From positions 1 through 61,856 of the forward strand of contig DAIDJN010000039.1 in assembly GCA_027451365.1 (NCBI GenBank): 61,856 bases of DNA, in the 5' to 3' direction. The translations under genes were made by a program, and so were the position numbers. This stretch comes from Phycisphaerales bacterium. Lineage in GTDB: Bacteria > Planctomycetota > Phycisphaerae > WQYP01. Position 1 is the stretch's first letter, and each line of letters opens with the position of its first letter. Positions 39,650 to 50,852 of the stretch are shown here, in pieces. Below the pieces are notes generated by a model, which had not been told where the DNA came from, did no database searches, and was given only the letters and a program-made list of their open reading frames with translations.

Positions 39650-40523
39650 CTCTTAAACTCCTTGTATCTGAAGGACTGCTGTCAGCCGTCAAAACCATCG
39701 TCGTAAAAACTCGCCAACCTTATCAGCGAAACAAATACACGATGTCACGACTCACACAAACCCAACCCTCGCAATAAAAATAAACCAATTCGTTTCATTG
39801 TGCCCGCCGGACGTTTTGCGACCGGATTAATAAGGGCTTTTATGCACAAACCGAATCTTCAGGCAACAACCTGAAAATAGGTACCTCGCCTCCATGACAT
39901 AAAATATAGCCAGGAATTTTGAAAATGCAAATCCCGCCCATTTTTTTTTCAAAAATTTATTAATTATAAGACCCGTTGTGGCCACATTCATGCCAAAAGT
40001 CCGCTAATTAATTCGCTTTAATTGAATATACTTACTTATTCACAAAATCAAGCTAAGAGAGCCTTAATCTTCTTGAGGCCGCAGATGAATGGCCAAAAAT
40101 GAAACTCGTGACATTTCCCGCAATTACCAACGCGGAGGGCTGCTGAAATGCGCACCGCAGCAGAACGGTAAGTCCGATCATCAGATGGCTAAATTGTACC
40201 TTTTTCGGCCAGAAACTGAAGATGTATTGCGGTGTAATGGCGACATCATCTGATGATAAGTAAAACCGACCGACGGAGCAGTTAACTGGTATCTCCCGCA
40301 CAAGGAGGCTTGGACGTTTCAGGCGCGCTATAGCGAATTAATTCCCATCCCAGGTAGTGAATCATTCGCCAAAGTGCCGACGATTCACCCAAGCACAAAA
40401 GGGCGAGGATCAACGACTATAAGCCGAATTACCACAGCGACACATAGACACGCTGAAAATCAGCCTGGCGAACAATTTTCATCTGTTCGATAAGCCGCAG
40501 CTATTGGCCGAATTCTGTTTAAA

Positions 40524-41615
40524 TCAGCTTGGAATCGGTGGTGGAGTTGGCGGAAATAGCGATTTTATTTCATCCACCGTATTGGCCGCGGCCCAACTGG
40601 CCATACCGCTTTTCCAGACCAGCGTTTCAGATTTCATGTCTCCAGATTTAATTTTCGCCGCCAGTGTGGCAGTGTCAAACGGGCCGCTTTGCACGCCATT
40701 TACCGCCATAAAGTATGAAGCCGCGGTCGGCACTGGTGGCGGAGAACCAGCATTTGAGGCCATGGCTCCGGCCATTTGATTGCCCATGCCCATACCGACG
40801 GCCATGCCCGCGCCTAAACCGGCCATGCCACCGGATGGATTAGCGGCCGCCATTGGAATGGCGGTTGCGGTCTGATATCGGGTGTATTGTGACATATCGC
40901 CCAGGACACCCATTTTGGTCCGCGTATCCATGGCCTGTTCGACTTCAGGCGGCAGTGAAATATTTTCCACATAAAACAGCGTTAATTCAATTCCCAGTGT
41001 GGCCAGATCGGGCTTAATTCCTTCCAAGGCAAGCTTGCTTATTTTGTCATAATTTCCGGCCAGTTCCAAGGCAGGGATGTTGGCTTTGCCCAGTACATCC
41101 GTAAATCGCGACACAATGGTATCGCGCATCTGGCCTGAAATTTGCAGACTTTCGAACGATGGGTTGGTTGCCACCACCTGTCGCAGGAAAACCGCCGGAT
41201 CGCTGATGTGCATCGCATAAGCACCGAACGCACGGATACGCACCACGCCAAATTCGCTGTCGCGCATCATGATCGGATTGGGCGTACCCCATTTCTGGTC
41301 GGTGAACTGCCGGGTCGCAATGAAATAAACTTCCGCCCGGAAAGGTGAATCAAAGCCATATTTCCAGCCTTTTAGTGTGGAAAGAATCGGCATATTCTGG
41401 GTTTGCAGTTTGTACATGCCGGGGCCGAACACATCGGCCAGTTTGCCCTCGTTTACAAAGACGGCAGCCTGACCTTCGCGTACGGTTAATTGCGCTCCCA
41501 TTTTAATTTCGTTGTTATAGCGTTCAAACCGATAGGCAAGAATGTCGCTGTCGGCAGGCTCGGTCCATTGAATAATATCAATGAATTCGGCTTTGGCTTT
41601 CTGAAACAAGGACAT
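40524..41615 (-). CDS. SPFH/band-7 domain protein (YdjI-like) with a C-terminal GYF_2-like domain
   Basis: FIDIIQW, QLTVREGQAAVFV, KWGTPNP and a C-terminal GPF...LVWKSGMASW. Confidence 0.88.
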   Translation of the reverse strand: MSLFQKAKAEFIDIIQWTEPADSDILAYRFERYNNEIKMGAQLTVREGQAAVFVNEGKLADVFGPGMYKLQTQNMPILSTLKGWKYGFDSPFRAEVYFIATRQFTDQKWGTPNPIMMRDSEFGVVRIRAFGAYAMHISDPAVFLRQVVATNPSFESLQISGQMRDTIVSRFTDVLGKANIPALELAGNYDKISKLALEGIKPDLATLGIELTLFYVENISLPPEVEQAMDTRTKMGVLGDMSQYTRYQTATAIPMAAANPSGGMAGLGAGMAVGMGMGNQMAGAMASNAGSPPPVPTAASYFMAVNGVQSGPFDTATLAAKIKSGDMKSETLVWKSGMASWAAANTVDEIKSLFPPTPPPIPS

Positions 41616-41890
41616 ACGGACCTCCTGAAAAAAGGTGCCTTGGCAATGGAATTAACACGCCAAGGATACCACCGGCTGGCTTAGGAAACAACACCTTTTT
41701 TTCGCAAACTCGGAATGGGTAACGATCGCCTGCCCATTTGGGTGCCCGCATGGCTCGGCATGGCCAGGCGACCGCAATCGGGACCGGTTGGAGGCCAGAA
41801 GGCAAAACATGGGGTTTGCGTTTCGCTTCAATGCCGAATTGTCGCTCCTGCGGTAGCCGGACAGTGTCCGATTGCCAGTTTTTTCAGGCC

Positions 41891-42658
41891 TTATGCGGGC
41901 GGGTATTGGGATTTATCGGGACCTGCCCGGAAGCGGGCGGCGGCGACCAGCAATAAGCCGATGGCCGTTGCGATAAAGGCGTCGAGTTGCCAAGAAAATT
42001 GTATTGGCATGACTACATTTTGCCCCAAGGTGGTCAGGTGATACATGACGCGCAGATGAAACCAGGCGAAGGCGTCGGTATGTAAATCGGGTGGCACGGC
42101 ATGAAGCAGCCACAGCGTCGGACAACTGTTGACCAGTCCCATCAACGGCCATGAGGCGTTTGTTTCCGAAACAATCCCTAATAGCGGAACTGCGGAAATC
42201 GGCAGAAAAATAAGCAAGCCTGCAATCAGCAGTGCAATGGCGACCGCGCCAGCGGGCGAAACGCACCGGCATAGCAATAGTGTAAGGCCGGTGCAAAAGA
42301 CGGCCCACGCCAGAACCAGGCAGCAAAGTCTGGCGGCCACCGCGGCTGACAGAAATCCGGCGATCGGACCTGGTGCTGCCAGTGCGGCGCAAATGGCCAG
42401 AGTCAACACCCCCCCGCCGCCCAGCGCGTGGAGATAGCAATTTTTTCTTCGCGCATCCAAAAAGGCGGTCGCAGCCTGAATCACAACTCCCCATGTTGTT
42501 AAAAGCAGCAGCAAAATAAGCCAGCCAATGAAACGGTCTGACGGGCGGCTTTCCGCAACCTGTCCGCGGTCGTACACGGCGGGCCAGAAAAGCAGCGCAG
42601 CCGCGGGCAGCAGCGCGGCGGCGTGGCCTGAAATAAATCGAAAGACCGTCTTTATCAT
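41891..42658 (-). CDS. Hypothetical multi-pass membrane protein
   Basis: Several hydrophobic segments, co-directional with the upstream operon. Start uncertain. Confidence 0.6.
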   Translation of the reverse strand: MIKTVFRFISGHAAALLPAAALLFWPAVYDRGQVAESRPSDRFIGWLILLLLLTTWGVVIQAATAFLDARRKNCYLHALGGGGVLTLAICAALAAPGPIAGFLSAAVAARLCCLVLAWAVFCTGLTLLLCRCVSPAGAVAIALLIAGLLIFLPISAVPLLGIVSETNASWPLMGLVNSCPTLWLLHAVPPDLHTDAFAWFHLRVMYHLTTLGQNVVMPIQFSWQLDAFIATAIGLLLVAAARFRAGPDKSQYPPA

Positions 42659-42757
42659 ACTGGCATCATACCTGCCGACCGGTGGTTGCATAAGCGGCTA
42701 AACCGCAAACGGCCACAGGGAGCGGCAGCCGCTTTTTCGACAGTGCATCAGACAGAA

Positions 42758-44071
42758 TTAATTTCCGGATTTTTCTTTGCCGGTATCTGCGGCGCCGGTC
42801 AATTGTTCGGCCTGATCGGGCATGATAATTTGCACCTTGCGTATCCGCCGCGCATCGCTTTCGGTAACGGTAAGCCGCAGATTATCTATATCAATGGAAA
42901 CGCCTTTCACCGGAATGGTGCCGAGTTGATTGATAATCAGGCCGCTGATGGTCTGGTAATCCTGACTTTCCAGAAGATGGAGATCAAGCTCGCGGTTAAT
43001 ATCCGTGATATTGGTGCGGCCGTCGAGTTCAATAATAGTCGGACTGACGCGGCGGAACTGGCGGGCGGCGGGTGTTTCGAATTCATCGGCAATATCGCCG
43101 ACGATTTCCTCCAGGATATCCTCGCTGGTGACCAAGCCGGCGGTACCGCCAAATTCGTCAAGTACAATCGCCATGTGAACGCGCTGGAGTCGGAATTGGC
43201 GCAACAGGTCGCGCAATGGTTTGGTGTGGGGAACAAACAGGGGCGGGCGCATCATGGAACGCACATTAAAGGATTGATCGGCATCAGCTGTTCGGGGCAG
43301 CGCCAGCAGGTCCTTGGCGTAAAGGAGGCCCAGGATATTATCCAGATTTCCATCATGAACAGGGAGCCTGGAAAGCCCGTCGCGCAGAATCTTTTCGCGA
43401 ATTTCCTCCAATGGCGAATGAATGCTGATAGTGACCATATCGGTTCGCGGCGTCATGATCTGGCTGACCTGGAGGTCCTGGAAGCTCATCACGCCTTCAA
43501 TCATTTTTTTCTGGTCTTCATCCACCGCGCCTTCGGAAACAGCCGCCAGAAATTCCTCCTTGTTTTCCACAGCTTCACCCTGGGCCAGGGACTGATCGGT
43601 TACGCCGCACAGGCGGCGCACGAGTCCATCAAACAGTTTTAAGAACAAAATTAGTGGAAAACAGAGGCGATGCAGGGGAATAAGAAAAGTGGGGCCGAAA
43701 AAAGCGACAATTGCCTCGCCGGCGTAAATGGCCCAGGCATTGGCAATGGCGACGGAAAAGACCAGCAGAATAACGGCGGCAATCGCGGCGGCAATCACAA
43801 AAGTCAGTGCGGATGGCGCGGCATTAAGCTCATCAAGGCTGCGAATGGTAAGGGCGACCAGGCTGACATTGCAGATAATCCGCGCGGTGGAGGCCACCAG
43901 AGCAAGTTGTTCCTGATCGCGAAGCAAAGGCTCAAGCCATTGCCCGCGGCCCTGGCGATTCAATTCTTTTTCCAGTGTGACCGAAGAAATGGTGCGCAGC
44001 GCATAGGCCAGCGCAGATGCCAGAAGGGTGCCGAACGTGACAGGAAACAGCAGCCAAAACGCCCAGTTCAT
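42758..44071 (-). CDS. Hemolysin-family CNNM/CBS/CorC-HlyC protein
   Basis: TM N-terminus, IMTPRTDM, SRLPV, DEFGGTAGLVT.EDILEEIVGDI and a CorC tail. Confidence 0.92.
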   Translation of the reverse strand: MNWAFWLLFPVTFGTLLASALAYALRTISSVTLEKELNRQGRGQWLEPLLRDQEQLALVASTARIICNVSLVALTIRSLDELNAAPSALTFVIAAAIAAVILLVFSVAIANAWAIYAGEAIVAFFGPTFLIPLHRLCFPLILFLKLFDGLVRRLCGVTDQSLAQGEAVENKEEFLAAVSEGAVDEDQKKMIEGVMSFQDLQVSQIMTPRTDMVTISIHSPLEEIREKILRDGLSRLPVHDGNLDNILGLLYAKDLLALPRTADADQSFNVRSMMRPPLFVPHTKPLRDLLRQFRLQRVHMAIVLDEFGGTAGLVTSEDILEEIVGDIADEFETPAARQFRRVSPTIIELDGRTNITDINRELDLHLLESQDYQTISGLIINQLGTIPVKGVSIDIDNLRLTVTESDARRIRKVQIIMPDQAEQLTGAADTGKEKSGN

Positions 44072-44703
44072 TGTGCCCCCCCCCGCCGACCATTGCGGCG
44101 AACCGCGCCGGCAGGCGGAAACCGGCCCGCCGAAGGGGCCGCCTTTGGTCCCGTGGAAAACAGGGGACCGAAGCCGAGGATGGTCAGAAGGTCATCTTCG
44201 CGCTGGTGCATGCGCGCGGCATCGGCCTTGCGCACGTCATTAAAACCGCGAACATGCAGCAGGCTATGAATCAAATAAAGCAGGAGTTCATGAGAAACGG
44301 AATGACCGCAAAGTGCGGACTGTTTCCGGGCCACATCCAGACAGACAACCGTGTCCAGCTCCAGATGCCCTTGGGCCACGACCCCGCCCGATAAATCAAA
44401 CGTCAGCACATCGGTCGGAGAGTTCAAATTCATGGTCTGCCGATGAAGGGCGGCCATCTGCGAAGCATTCACCAGCCGCACGGACCAGAACCCGGTGCGA
44501 ATATTTTCGATATGAAGCAATCGCAAAAGCTGCCTTCGAAACCAGGCTGCGGAAAGCTTTTCGCCAGTGCGGGCAGTTGCGGCCGCCAATTCCCGGAAAC
44601 CTGAAAGGTCAAGCTCGAAAGCGGCGTTTTGGCGGCCGAGCGTCGGGGCTCGCCTGTGGTTGCGGCTTTTCACATCGGGCATGCTGTTTTTCAACTTTTT
44701 CAT
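44068..44703 (-). CDS. ybeY: rRNA maturation endonuclease YbeY
   Basis: PTDVLTF and HELLLYLIHSLLHVRGFND...MHQRE motifs. ATGA overlaps at both ends. Confidence 0.85.
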   Translation of the reverse strand: MKKLKNSMPDVKSRNHRRAPTLGRQNAAFELDLSGFRELAAATARTGEKLSAAWFRRQLLRLLHIENIRTGFWSVRLVNASQMAALHRQTMNLNSPTDVLTFDLSGGVVAQGHLELDTVVCLDVARKQSALCGHSVSHELLLYLIHSLLHVRGFNDVRKADAARMHQREDDLLTILGFGPLFSTGPKAAPSAGRFPPAGAVRRNGRRGGAQ

Positions 44704-47072
44704 GCGGGCCTGGAAATTCTGGCGGCCGGAGTCTGGCCGGCCGGATAAGCGACGCGCGCGTGGTGCACTCCAGCCAGCGTGCGGACCAGACATTGTTCAA
44801 TTTTGCCTAAATCCCGCAGAGTCAGATCGCATTGGTCAAACTGACCATCCAGCAGTCGTTTCATGATCATCTGATGCACAGCGCCTTCTATGCGCGCGGC
44901 CGTTGGTTCGGCCAGGGAGCGAACCATACTTTCCACACCATCACAGATCATCAAAATTGCCGTTTCACGGGATTGCGGCCGGGGTCCGGGATATCGAAAC
45001 TCCATTTCATTAAGTGGCGTTGCCTCGCCACCGGTTAATTCTTCCCGGGCCTGGCGTTCACGTGCCTGCTGATAAAAATATTCCACCACCGTGGTACCGT
45101 GATGTTCGCCGATAAACTGCTGAACCGCCTGGGGAAGATGAAATTCCCGCGCAAGTTCCAGACCATCTTTCACATGGCCGACGACAATCAGGACGCTCAT
45201 GGCCGGGGAAAGCTTTTCATGGCGGTTTCCGCGCCCGCCAGTGTTTTCCACAAAATAGCCGGCCTTCAGAAGCTTTCCGACATCGTGATAATAAGCTCCC
45301 ACGCGGCACAGCAGGGCGTTGGCGCCAATCTGCCGGGCGGCGGCCTCCGCCAGCATGCCGACAATCAGGGAATGGTTGAAGGTGCCGGGAGCTTCCATAG
45401 CCAGACGCCGCAAAAGTGGACGGTTGGTGTCGGAGAGTTCCAGAAGAGTCATGGCCGTGGAATGCCGGAACAATTGTTCAACGACGGGAATCAGGAGCAG
45501 ACTTAGTAAAACCGCGGCCAGCACCGCGCTGCCCGCGAGTAGCGCATCGTGAAGCAGCATGGAAAAGTCCGGATGCCGGTTGAGCCACAGCCAGTCCAGC
45601 GGAGTGGCGCGTCCCAGTCGGGAATGGAGCAGTCCAAAACCCAGCACCGTGGCACCAACGACCAGAGCTGTCACCGATCCGACGCGCAGAAGTTGAGTTC
45701 GCGTGCGAATTTCGCCCAGCAGCAGTATAAGCAGCACGGAACCGATAAAGCCGGCCAGAAAAAAACTCATTCCCTGGCCCAATATGACCTTCACCAGGAG
45801 TGCGTTAAGCATGGAAAAGCCAACGGCAAAGCGCTGGTCAAAGCCAACGGATAATATAATTGCCACCAGAAAAATCGGACCAAGCCCCAGAAGATAAATG
45901 GCCGAGCTCATTCCCAGGAGCATGGCGGTCTTGGCCAGAAGCAACGTCAGCAACACAAGAATGGCTGGTGTCCAGGCCTGCCGTTTCATATTGCGAAGCC
46001 GCCATTCCAGGTACAGCACGCCGACCAGCGTGAGCACAAATGCGACCATATCCGCACCCACAAGGTGTTCTTCAGACAGCCATGGATGACGTTGATGGAG
46101 TTTTGCCAGATATGCATCATGGGCCGCAAGCAGCAGGCCGCGCGTGGCCGGGGACATTCTTTGCCCCGCACGCGCCAGAATATCACCGCGATGGTAAAAC
46201 GTCTGGGGAACCTGCACAGCGGCCACGCGCTGGCGGGTTACGGCTGCGGTGGCGGCCATATCCAGGAGGTAAGAGGGACGCTGCACCGCAGCCAGATAGG
46301 CGGTAATGGCCGTCCAGGCCGGTTCAGGGAAACAGCGGCGAACAACGCGCTGGAACGCGGTGCCCTTTGGCCCCACCACGCCGACGCGGTTTAATGGAAT
46401 GGCTATCAATTGGCCGGGAACGTGCGACATTCGCGAACGAGGCTCGGCCGGTGCCAAAACATGATCGACCCGCCTTTGATAGATCAATTTCCAAGTTGCC
46501 TGGTCAACAACCGGCGTGGTTTTAAGAGTCGCGATAAGCAGTCGCACATCGCGGGCATAGCCCTTGAATTGATTCTGCTGAACGACGTTATGCAGCCATT
46601 GGAGGGTGCTGGCGGTGATAACGGGGAATCGCCTGCGGAGGGGCGGCGGAAGGTCGGCGGGTGTTTTGATGGCGGCCACATCGTAAGGCAAATTGGTTAA
46701 TTGCCCCTGGATGAGGTCGAAAAACCGGGCAGCCGAATTCAGTTTCAATACGGCGGGCGATCGCATTTGAGCCTGCTGTTTAAGCAGGACAAACATAGAT
46801 GGATTTGGGACACTAAACGAAACGGGCGAAAGGATGGTCGTGCGAGCGGTGTTGCCCAAAGGAAAGCTTTTTCCATTAGGCAACAAAATCAGCGCGACCA
46901 TAAGAACGAAAAAAACAGTCCCGGACAGCAACCACATCCAGCTTTTATAGGGCAAATGCGAATCAGTCGGACTGATCGCCGCGTCTTGGGCAACGGCCTG
47001 CCGTCGCAAGCTTTTTTTTTGAAACCACATCCTGATACCCAAAGCGACCTGAGGATCGCTAACTTCCATCAC
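44700..47072 (-). CDS. 7TM-HD phosphohydrolase (PgpH-like)
   Basis: Extracellular domain, TM bundle, then APGTFNHS, YHDVGK, EHHGTT and FRYPGPRPQSRETAILM..D motifs. Start uncertain. Confidence 0.9.
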   Translation of the reverse strand: MMEVSDPQVALGIRMWFQKKSLRRQAVAQDAAISPTDSHLPYKSWMWLLSGTVFFVLMVALILLPNGKSFPLGNTARTTILSPVSFSVPNPSMFVLLKQQAQMRSPAVLKLNSAARFFDLIQGQLTNLPYDVAAIKTPADLPPPLRRRFPVITASTLQWLHNVVQQNQFKGYARDVRLLIATLKTTPVVDQATWKLIYQRRVDHVLAPAEPRSRMSHVPGQLIAIPLNRVGVVGPKGTAFQRVVRRCFPEPAWTAITAYLAAVQRPSYLLDMAATAAVTRQRVAAVQVPQTFYHRGDILARAGQRMSPATRGLLLAAHDAYLAKLHQRHPWLSEEHLVGADMVAFVLTLVGVLYLEWRLRNMKRQAWTPAILVLLTLLLAKTAMLLGMSSAIYLLGLGPIFLVAIILSVGFDQRFAVGFSMLNALLVKVILGQGMSFFLAGFIGSVLLILLLGEIRTRTQLLRVGSVTALVVGATVLGFGLLHSRLGRATPLDWLWLNRHPDFSMLLHDALLAGSAVLAAVLLSLLLIPVVEQLFRHSTAMTLLELSDTNRPLLRRLAMEAPGTFNHSLIVGMLAEAAARQIGANALLCRVGAYYHDVGKLLKAGYFVENTGGRGNRHEKLSPAMSVLIVVGHVKDGLELAREFHLPQAVQQFIGEHHGTTVVEYFYQQARERQAREELTGGEATPLNEMEFRYPGPRPQSRETAILMICDGVESMVRSLAEPTAARIEGAVHQMIMKRLLDGQFDQCDLTLRDLGKIEQCLVRTLAGVHHARVAYPAGQTPAARISRPA

Positions 47073-47550
47073 AGTGCCGGAGCCGGGTTACGATTTAACC
47101 ATTCCGGCGGACAGCTTTGTTTCAGCATCTATCGCGCAGCGGATTGCATTTCAATCCGGACCGAGCCATAGCCTATCGCTGGTTATTTTATCAGTTTCCG
47201 ACCGCCACTAGAAGAGATTAGACCATGCGAAGGTATTGAAAACGAGATTCTTATTTAAAAATGACATTATCGGACTTTATATTACGTATTAACACTATAT
47301 TTTATTGCTCACATTAATATTAATTTCGTGTTTATTAATTATTACTACCGTTATATACAATATTCTCATCAGTGCTTTCCAACTGGTCAACAACCACCCG
47401 TTGGCCTTACAATCCTCGACCTGTAATATTGGTGCCATTGTGGTGCCATTTCCGGCTTGCCGCCAGCGCGGCCCGTCGGCAAACAGCATGATGATCCGAC
47501 AGGCGAAGTCCCCGACTTAGCATGTGGCAATACACGAAAGGCATTGTTAA

Positions 47551-48888
47551 ATGGCCCATATTGAACCCCTTGCCGCAATTCGTTATCCCCAACAAGAGCA
47601 GACAAAATTGGTAAGCCCGCCTTACGATGTGCTGACCGCCGCCGATAAGGCGCGCCTGCTGGCGGCGAATCCACACAATATTACGGCGGTGGACCTGCCG
47701 CACGTTCCTCCCAAAAATGCCGGACCTGCCGAAGCCTACCAGACCGCAGGTCGCACACTGCAGGACTGGCTGGCATCGGGCGTGTTGAAGCGCGATACCA
47801 AGCCGGCACTTTTCGCCTACGAGCAAACCTATTCACATGGCGGCACCGAATATCACCGCCGGGGACTGTTCTGCCGCGTGGGACTTGAGGAATTTGGTCC
47901 GCAGGGCGCGATTCACCCGCATGAACAAACCTTCAGCGGCCCGAAGGAAGACCGTCTGCTTCTTATGCGCGCGACCAACGCGAATCTGTCACCGGTTTTT
48001 GGCCTGTATGATGATCCGACAAATGCGGTAACAGGCCGTCTGTTCAGCGAAGTCAGCGGCCGCAAGCCGACCGCCACGGCGCTTCTTCCGACGCAGGATG
48101 GCAAAGGCACTGTGCGTTCAGACCTTTGGGAAGTCACGGATCCGGGAACAATTAAGGCCGTACAGGATTTACTTAAAGACAAACATATATATATTGCAGA
48201 TGGTCACCATCGTTACACGACCTGTCTGACGCGCCGCCGCGAACTGGCCGGGGCGGAAGCGGGCGGCCTGGCCGGCGATCACGCGGCGAATTTCGGATTG
48301 TTTGTTCTGGTTGCCATGCAGGATCCGGGGCTGATAGTGCTGCCCACCCATCGGGTGGTTTCCGGATTGAAGGATTTTTCTCTGGCGGGTTTTCTCAAGG
48401 CAGGGGCGAAATATGTCACCCAATTGCCGGGGACCTGGTCGGGGAAGCAATTGGCGGACCTTGAACAAAAATTGCCCGCTATGGGGCCACATGCCATGGG
48501 CATTTATGATCCGGTAAAGGACCAGGCGATTGCCATTGCCCCCCTTTCCGATGATCCGCTCGCCGGACTGCCCGGCGACGCGGCTCTGCAAGGAAAATCG
48601 GCGGCGTGGCGGCAACTGGATGTAGCCCTTCTGCAGCATCTGATTTTTGATGTCATTGTTAAACCGGCATTCGCGGGCGGAAAGGAACTGCATTGGGCCT
48701 TTCCGCACGAAGCCGAGGAAGTGCATTCGCTGTGCCGGTCAAATGAATACCAGGCGGGGTTCCTGTTGCAGCCGACACCACTGGAATCGGTGCGGCAATT
48801 GTGCAACGCCAACGAACTGATGCCCCAGAAGAGCACCTTCTTTTATCCGAAGCTGGCCACGGGCATGGTGATTAACCCGCTGTTTTAA
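47551..48888 (+). CDS. DUF1015-domain protein
   Basis: SPPYDV, HPHEQT, IADGHHRY and MPQKSTFFYPKL.TG motifs. Confidence 0.92.
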   Translation: MAHIEPLAAIRYPQQEQTKLVSPPYDVLTAADKARLLAANPHNITAVDLPHVPPKNAGPAEAYQTAGRTLQDWLASGVLKRDTKPALFAYEQTYSHGGTEYHRRGLFCRVGLEEFGPQGAIHPHEQTFSGPKEDRLLLMRATNANLSPVFGLYDDPTNAVTGRLFSEVSGRKPTATALLPTQDGKGTVRSDLWEVTDPGTIKAVQDLLKDKHIYIADGHHRYTTCLTRRRELAGAEAGGLAGDHAANFGLFVLVAMQDPGLIVLPTHRVVSGLKDFSLAGFLKAGAKYVTQLPGTWSGKQLADLEQKLPAMGPHAMGIYDPVKDQAIAIAPLSDDPLAGLPGDAALQGKSAAWRQLDVALLQHLIFDVIVKPAFAGGKELHWAFPHEAEEVHSLCRSNEYQAGFLLQPTPLESVRQLCNANELMPQKSTFFYPKLATGMVINPLF

Positions 48889-49091
48889 TTGCACAAATCG
48901 GACCGGCGGGATGGTGCGTTCTTTCCGGCGGATTTGCATTGAAACAGGGCGGGCCGACCGAAGCCCGGCGGTGGCGGTGTGGCCCGCCTGGGCAGTGCAA
49001 CAAGCCAAAACCGGCCCGATCCCTAATCGTGGCAGGAAATCAAATACCATACTTTCGCGTTATCTGATATAACGCTTCGCTTGAAGCGCGT

Positions 49092-49853
49092 ATGCCGCGA
49101 TTAATGGAGAAGGCAGTGACCGACTCAGAATCAGTGAACATCACGATCATCGCACCAGCCTACAATGAGGTGGACAATGTCACGCCGCTGGTCGAACGGA
49201 TTGCCGCCGTATTTACGCCGCTGAACATTCCATTTGAAGCGCTGATAGTCGACGATGCGAGCACAGATGGTACCCGGGAAAAGCTGCTGGATCTGACGCG
49301 GAAGTACCCTTGGCTGCGAGTGGTGTCGCTGAAAAAAAACAGCGGCCAGACCGCCGCGATGGATGCTGGCTTCCGCCATGCCCGCGGCCGTGTATGGGGG
49401 ACTGTGGACGCGGACATGCAGAATGATCCGGGTGAAATTCCCCGCCTGATGGCGATGCTGGGACCGGATGTGGATATGGTCAACGGCTGGCGACAAAAAC
49501 GAAGTGACAACATTTTGCGGCTGGTTCAAACCAAAATCGCCAACGGCATACGGAACAAGCTAAGCGGCGAAAATATTCAGGATTCGGCCTGTTCGCTGAA
49601 AGTGTACAAACGCGAATGCCTGCAAGGACTGACGCTGTACAAAGGAATGCACCGCTTTTTTCCAACCTTGGTAAAAATGCGAGGATTTAAGGTTATTGAA
49701 GTGCCAGTGAGCCATTTTCCGCGAGCCCACGGTGTCACTAAATATAAATTCGGAAGTCGGGTCATTCGCGCTTTTGTGGACCTGCTGGCGGTGCGATGGA
49801 TGAAAAAGCGACTGCTTCGCTATGAGGCGGTGGAACTGAAGGCCGACGCCTGA
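49092..49853 (+). CDS. GT2 glycosyltransferase (polyprenol-phosphate glycosyltransferase-like)
   Basis: PAYNE, VDDASTDGT, GQTAA, DADMQNDP and MHRFFP motifs. Confidence 0.9.
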   Translation: MPRLMEKAVTDSESVNITIIAPAYNEVDNVTPLVERIAAVFTPLNIPFEALIVDDASTDGTREKLLDLTRKYPWLRVVSLKKNSGQTAAMDAGFRHARGRVWGTVDADMQNDPGEIPRLMAMLGPDVDMVNGWRQKRSDNILRLVQTKIANGIRNKLSGENIQDSACSLKVYKRECLQGLTLYKGMHRFFPTLVKMRGFKVIEVPVSHFPRAHGVTKYKFGSRVIRAFVDLLAVRWMKKRLLRYEAVELKADA

Positions 49854-49990
49854 TTACCATAAAATAATTATCGACTGGCGGCCCGCCACCGATTGGTTTA
49901 CAGTGAAAATCAACGGTTGGCGGCGGATAGTCGCCTGAAACGAACAATCGACATCCGCGCCGATCGCAAGACACAGGAGCATCCAGCCCC

Positions 49991-50809
49991 ATGATTCACC
50001 CAACCGCAATTGTGGACAAACAGGCGAAAATTGATCCGACGGCGTCAATCGGCGCGTATAGCGTGATAGACGGACCGGTCGTCGTTGGGGCAAATTGTGT
50101 GCTGGAAAGCCATGTCCGGCTGATCGGCCCGCTGGTCATGGGAACGGGCAATCGCGTCCACAGCTTTGCGGTTCTCGGCGATTCGCCGCAAGACCGCAAG
50201 CACAAGGACGAACCAAGCGGTCTGGTTATCGGCGACGAGAACATATTCCGCGAACATGCCACCGCGCACCGCGGCACAAATGGCAATACCGTAATCGGGT
50301 CCCATGGCTTTTTCATGGTCGGAAGCCATGTCGGCCATAACTGTCGGGTGGCCGACCATGTGACAATGATCAATCATGCGGTGCTTGGAGGCCATGTGCA
50401 GGTAGCGGAAAAGGCGATCATCGGCGGCAATTGCGCGATGCACCAGTTCTGCCGGGTAGGCACGCTGGCGATGATTTCAAATAATTCCGCACACAATACG
50501 GACATTCCCCCTTATGTCATTTCCATGAATATCAACACTTTTTCGCAGCTCAATGCAGTTGGACTGCGCCGGTCCGGAATGGGGCCGGAAAGCGTGAACG
50601 CAATCCGAAAAATGTTCAAGCTTGTATTCCGCCAATCGGGTAAGCTGCCGCTCGTGCGGGCCTTTGAACAGTTGCCGCCGGAACTGGCGATTCGTCCGGA
50701 AATTCGGCACTTTATAAATTTCTGCCGGGAAAGCAAACGCGGAGTGGCCAAATATCATGCCTGGTCGCAACGCCATGGGCAAAGCTCGGCAGACAGCGGC
50801 GGGGATTGA
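49991..50809 (+). CDS. lpxA: Acyl-ACP--UDP-N-acetylglucosamine O-acyltransferase
   Basis: IHPTAIV, hexapeptide repeats, PQD, HRGT, HVGHNC, HQFCRVG and LNAVGLRR.G motifs. Confidence 0.88.
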   Translation: MIHPTAIVDKQAKIDPTASIGAYSVIDGPVVVGANCVLESHVRLIGPLVMGTGNRVHSFAVLGDSPQDRKHKDEPSGLVIGDENIFREHATAHRGTNGNTVIGSHGFFMVGSHVGHNCRVADHVTMINHAVLGGHVQVAEKAIIGGNCAMHQFCRVGTLAMISNNSAHNTDIPPYVISMNINTFSQLNAVGLRRSGMGPESVNAIRKMFKLVFRQSGKLPLVRAFEQLPPELAIRPEIRHFINFCRESKRGVAKYHAWSQRHGQSSADSGGD

Positions 50810-50852
50810 TCGACGGCATCCGCAGCCGCCGGTCGAAAGAGTCAAGGAGATT

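Noticed and set aside
40177..40257. CUGAUGA motifs suggesting a hammerhead ribozyme or fluoride riboswitch
   Set aside because: No stem II followed by GAAA on either strand, and no fluoride aptamer 5' stem.
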